A stretch of DNA of 53,057 nt, counting the filler, from Dirinaria sp. TL-2023a (lineage: Eukaryota), in NCBI GenBank assembly GCA_051941275.1. It is 3 parts of 3 records of this genome, joined end to end, with 100 filler letters (N's around TTAATTAATTAA, not from the genome) between each part and the next. Parts side by side here need not be neighbours in the genome. Positions count along the whole stretch, not along the records: positions 35,454 to 53,057 come from JAVEBF010000422.1; 2 more parts are not named here. The stretch is one strand, 5' to 3'. Numbering within the stretch: position 1 is the stretch's first letter; every line of letters starts with the position of its first letter. Below the pieces are notes generated by a model that searched no databases, was not told the DNA's origin, and saw nothing but the letters and a program-made list of their open reading frames with translations. This document shows, piece by piece, positions 48,671 through 53,057 of the stretch. The position numbers were made by a program, and so were the translations under genes.

Positions 48671-49532
48671 TCAATCATCACTGAACCAAAGCAACTTCGC
48701 GCTCTGCCCGGACGTTCCCCCCGTCCGGTTCACGCCCGCAGCATCGTTCTCGACCCCTTGCTTCAACTGACACACGCCCGCGGCCGTGACCGTGATGCCG
48801 CTGCAGAGGTTGTAGAAGCCGTAGCCGCCGCCGCCGGCCGGGTACTGAATGTTGAAGACGCTGCACGCCTGGATGCAGCTGCTGAGGTTGCTGTTGGGGA
48901 TGTACTGCACGTCCGTGATGTCCGAGGAAGCGAAGTACGTCTTGTTGCAGTGGATCGTGTAGGTGAGGGTGGTGCTGTTGAGGAAGTAAGCCGTCGAGCT
49001 GGAGGTGTGCGAGGGCGGCGTGTAGACCAGGGTGTCGTTGGCGGGGCAGGAGACGTTGTCGCTCGACGACGGCGTCGAGGTGGAGGTCGTGTGTGCCGCT
49101 GCGGCGGTGGGGCGGGAGGTGGTTTTGAGGTGCTCGTTTTCGGGGATCGTGGGTGTCGGGTTGGTGCTAGGTGTGTCAGTTGCAAAGGATATGGAGTGTT
49201 GAATCCGTTTCGTACCTGGCCGAAGCCTTGTCATTTGAGTTTTTCTTTGATAGGCCTGCTCCCAGACCTGCGCCGAGGCCGGCGGCAAGAATGAGCACGA
49301 TGGTCAGGATCAATATCCAGAAGACCAGCGGGCTGACTCCGCACACTCGCCGTCGAGCCGGGGGGTTATGGGGCGGCGAGCTGAACGCGTTCTTCTCATC
49401 TGGCTCTGGCGTTGGATAGAATTGAGGCTCGTTGGGCGTGACCACTTCGAGGTCGGCCGACGGGGGGTGATAGACCTCCGGCTGCGTGCTCAGCTTGGTA
49501 TAGTCGCCCACGTTCTCTTTGGACGAACTCAT
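48671..49532 (-). CDS. Type II single-pass membrane protein with Ser/Thr stalk and Cys-containing PAN/Apple-like ectodomain, 2 exons
   Basis: RRRVCG followed by TM LVFWILILTIVLILAAGLGAGLGAGL; intron 49215-49167 joins in frame; 6 ectodomain Cys including SCIQAC and CSGIT...CQLK. Confidence 0.8.
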
Positions 49533-52500
49533 CACCACTGTACGATCTGCTCGCTCTCCTGCACCTCGTCGTCAGGGCGCTTGCACAGAAGGTCGTGCTC
49601 CGACGAAGAGCGAGGACGACGGCGACGAGGTCGAGAGTTGTGACCTCGCCACCGTACGGGCGGGATCTCGAGTATCGCCATATTGCTGCAAAATGGGGGC
49701 GGGTCTTGGCCGTGGCCGGTGTTTTTGCTCAGCCGCACGTAAGGCGTCCCACTCTGAAAACCCAGCAGATTATCATCGTCCAGTTTGGTGGTATCGCATT
49801 GGCTGAAACCTCCCCGTAGCGAAATTAGACTCGCTGACTCATGTAAGGTGCTGGATCTGATCACGCAGTGGCGTTAGAGTTTGAGTTCTGCTTGTAGACT
49901 TCCACTTCGAGACATCGTTCAAGGTGAAGAACAATAACGGTGGATGCAACGAGATCGAGATCTCATAACGGCATTATTATTACTGTCGATGAAGCGGCAG
50001 TTATCTGTTTAGCATCACTTGCTAATTCCTTCGTGCAAGCGTAGCAGTATTGATTATTGACCGTCTCTTCATTCTGTGGGATCACAATAATACTCCGGCG
50101 ATAAGAATTATTGAGGTTTCTGAAACGCGGGATGATGGCCATAGTGCTCAGTAGCGCCGGACCAAGTCATCCTGGCTCCCTGGCTCATTTCATCCCAGCT
50201 CCAGGCCTTACCACGTTGCGACAAGAGACATACCGGGTTGCCGCGTGCAGAAATCGTTCGTTGGAAGAATCCAGCGCTTATGGCTCTCCTGAGTCGTGTG
50301 GCTCAAGACTGCATGCAAATGCAGCCGTCGATGGTGTTGTTGATCCCACATGAGTCGATACATAACAGCTTCTGAAGACCATCCTCCCCACAATTGCGCC
50401 AAAAACGTGGAATTAGCAGCAAAGGGTTTATTTACATCAATGCTCAGGGACACTGACATTGTTGAATTCACTGACGAAATGGAGAAATAATGAAAGCTGC
50501 TTTTGATAGGCCTGCCTTCGGCATTTTGGCAGCGCTGTATTGGTATTCGAACAGTGGAAGTAGCATAGAACTCACTCCTCAATCACAATTTTGACAATGG
50601 AATTCCCTGACCTCAACACTTCGAAGCCGGACGGTACCATGTTCTAGGTCGTTCTCTGGCATTATTGGCATTGACTGTATAGTGCTGAAGTTGAGCAGTA
50701 TCTAGTGACGGCAGCTGCAACCATTCATTATTTTACCTACATGTACGAGTACCTCACCTAACCTACTCCATGTAGGTCGCTAACGTACCCCTACACGGTA
50801 CCTTGGTCTCCAACTCATTTCCAGCTTTCCCATTATTTTGAGGGTGACCACAATAACAATGTTCCTGAGAATTGCGCAAATACTACGATGGTTCGTGAAG
50901 CTCTGAGGTGCGATTTGACTACTTTCAAGGATCATAGCAGGCTTTCCAATCGAAGTGATCTGTTGCCCTTGTCACCTCCCTGTCCGCGCCCCGTGGTAAG
51001 CTGCGCGGCTGCTTGCCCTTGCACACCTTCTCTCCGATCGCCGCAACCTTACAACAGTAGTGCGTCAAGCTTGCGCATCTTCTCTATTCGGCATTAATGT
51101 TGATATTAAGATGTACAGCATGTACATCGAAGCATGCACTTCTATCGATACCCCACGACGGCATGAACGAGCACACACTCAGCGTCAGCGATATCCAGAA
51201 AGCGTAAAACCGAGGCATCTGCCAAGACCAGAAGAATCACACGTGAAGTGGCTTGCGCAACCTAAGATAATGATGCTCAACAGAAAACAAAATCATAAGG
51301 TAACGATCGGACTCGCAGGCAGGTGCTTTACCCTACTTTACTTGGCCTCCATATGGTGATACCTGAACGTGAAGGGAAAGAAGCTCTCACAAGGCGGATT
51401 TTTGCAAGTGGCACACAGCCAGTACTGCTTTCCTAGGCTACTGTGCGAGGTACGTTACAACATCGCATCTCCAGCAAACGGCACAAATCCCTTTCGAGTC
51501 ATTATTATTATTATTATTCTCGGACCCTATTCAGAAGACGCATCGGAGTGTCCCAGACAGCATATGTCGTCACCGAGGTCGTCTATTAGGGAACACGCCC
51601 GTCTCAATCCAAGCGGTCACAGCATATCCACTGCGATGCGTGATTAGTTCCAGGGTCTTGACCTGACCTTACACGTTCACATCATTATTACCTCACTGTT
51701 CCTTGCCGACTTGCCATAAAACTCGATTGCGCTCCTGCCCGTTCAAGCACGAGCGTCCCTGGTTTGTTTCTCTACACTGCAGCACCTGAAACCGGCATCT
51801 TCGGTGGTCGTCCTGCCACGACCTGAAAGCGGGGTAATATCCTGATCTGCTGATACATTATTGGTGCACGGTCGGAAAGAACTCCCAAAGTGTCAAGAGC
51901 AGAGCAAGAAGGCGCAGTCTTCCTGACTACTGCTGCCACTGGAAGTCATCAAGAGGAGTATCATCGTCAAGTCATCACAGTAAGAGGTACAGTACATTTG
52001 TTATTGTTACTTCCACTTACACCGAGCTGTCAGACGTGCAATCCCCCCCTGATCCTTGTGATGCGCATGGCGCGATCCATCAACGGAGTCTAAGCAGGGT
52101 TGCCTCCGCCTTGCTGTCTTGGCACTTGGGTGTGTACTGTAGTGGATGCATTATTGCATGGACCGTAAGATACCATATGTCGGCATGACAGCTCTGACGC
52201 GTCGACTCCTTTTAGGAAGCATTTTATTATCAGCAAATTCGGGTTTGACGGAAATTCCAGGTCAGTACCCACAAAAGTGCATCCTCTTGGCAAATCACTT
52301 CGCGCTCTTTTCGCCAGTCTCTCCCTCCTCCGCCCGCCCATTTGCCAGTAGTCGTGCAGCCTGCAGTGCCCAATGGTGCTAAGCTGTGTGTCTCGGCAGT
52401 TGAAAGGGCGCCATTTCTGCATGGCTGACGGCCATGCGTTAGTCTCAGCCGAGGGGGTTAATTGCCTTCAAGCATCATCCCTGTCGCTTTTAACGGTTCT

Positions 52501-52636
52501 TGTTTCTGCCTCCTGCTTCCTTCACACGGTGGGGGTGGGTTTTTTCCAGAGAAGCTCGGACAGCCCTGGGAGTATTATTGTTTCCCCCTGCCGACTCGAG
52601 GTACGAACGTGGATCTCTCCATCATCCATGTGATCG

Positions 52637-52693
52637 CTGTACAGTACAAGTGGACTGTACAGTACTGTAGACTCATAGACTGTAGACCTGTAG
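52637..52693. repeat. Short degenerate CTGTA(C/G)A repeat cluster
   Basis: CTGTACAGTAC twice (52637, 52655), CTGTAG three times; includes the palindrome TACAGTACTGTA (52658-52669). Confidence 0.5.
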
Positions 52694-53057
52694 CCAGAAC
52701 GAGCTACGGTGTCTGCATGCAACAGCTTATTTGACACGAGAAGCACGTTTTTTGATTTTTCTTGGGCACGTTCTGCCCCTGCGGAGATCACAGGCCAAGC
52801 GCGTGGAATTTGCACGAAGCCATCATGGATCGAGTCGTGGGCGCTGATTGGTCCACAGCTTCTCCCTATCAAGCACCGCGACGCCTGCAACTTGCTCTCC
52901 CATTTGTCTCACAGCCAATTATCGGAGTGGATGCAGAGTTGCACCTACCCGACGCTCCGCAACCGATATTTGGTGGCGTTGGTGACTGGATTCGAAACAA
53001 CCGTAGCACGCAACTCTGACTCTTCCAGCCATCATATCACACATTCAAACGAGTAAG

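Noticed and set aside
51780..51852. Hammerhead ribozyme call
   Set aside because: Core reads CUGAAAC instead of CUGANGA (lacks G8/A9) and has an extra helix.
49900..53057. Short ORFs, tRNA genes or transposon remnants in the terminal 3 kb
   Set aside because: No coding motifs, no A/B-box cloverleaf, and no terminal repeats or transposase/RT motifs seen.

Overview
Eukaryotic, intron-containing, gene-dense DNA from a filamentous ascomycete (Pezizomycotina-type GT...CTRAY...YAG introns). It consists of three contigs joined by two artificial 100-nt N/TTAATTAATTAA linkers. Most genes are housekeeping: fimbrin, an SDR, gamma-glutamyl phosphate reductase (PRO2), CSN3, ISU1, a mitochondrial carrier, RPL18, partial MRPL31, a large KDEL-ending Ser/Ala-rich ER protein, DOA10, partial DOA1, SPT8 and an Hrr1/ZNFX1-like RNA-silencing helicase. 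There are also several uncharacterised genes: an HhH-GPD-like protein, a GPI-anchored protein, an LRR-like protein, a small secreted 8-Cys protein and a PAN/Apple-like membrane protein. No tRNA, rRNA, CRISPR array or intact transposon was recognised. The strongest unexplained signal is PRO2 intron 1. A ~40-nt-per-arm, G.U-rich hairpin on the transcribed strand separates the only canonical branch point from the only frame-preserving 3' splice site (a weak AAG ~145 nt away), and every nearer YAG gives a premature stop. This is a candidate RNA-structure splicing switch on a proline-biosynthesis gene. All calls are from manual reading; no searches or folding programs were run.
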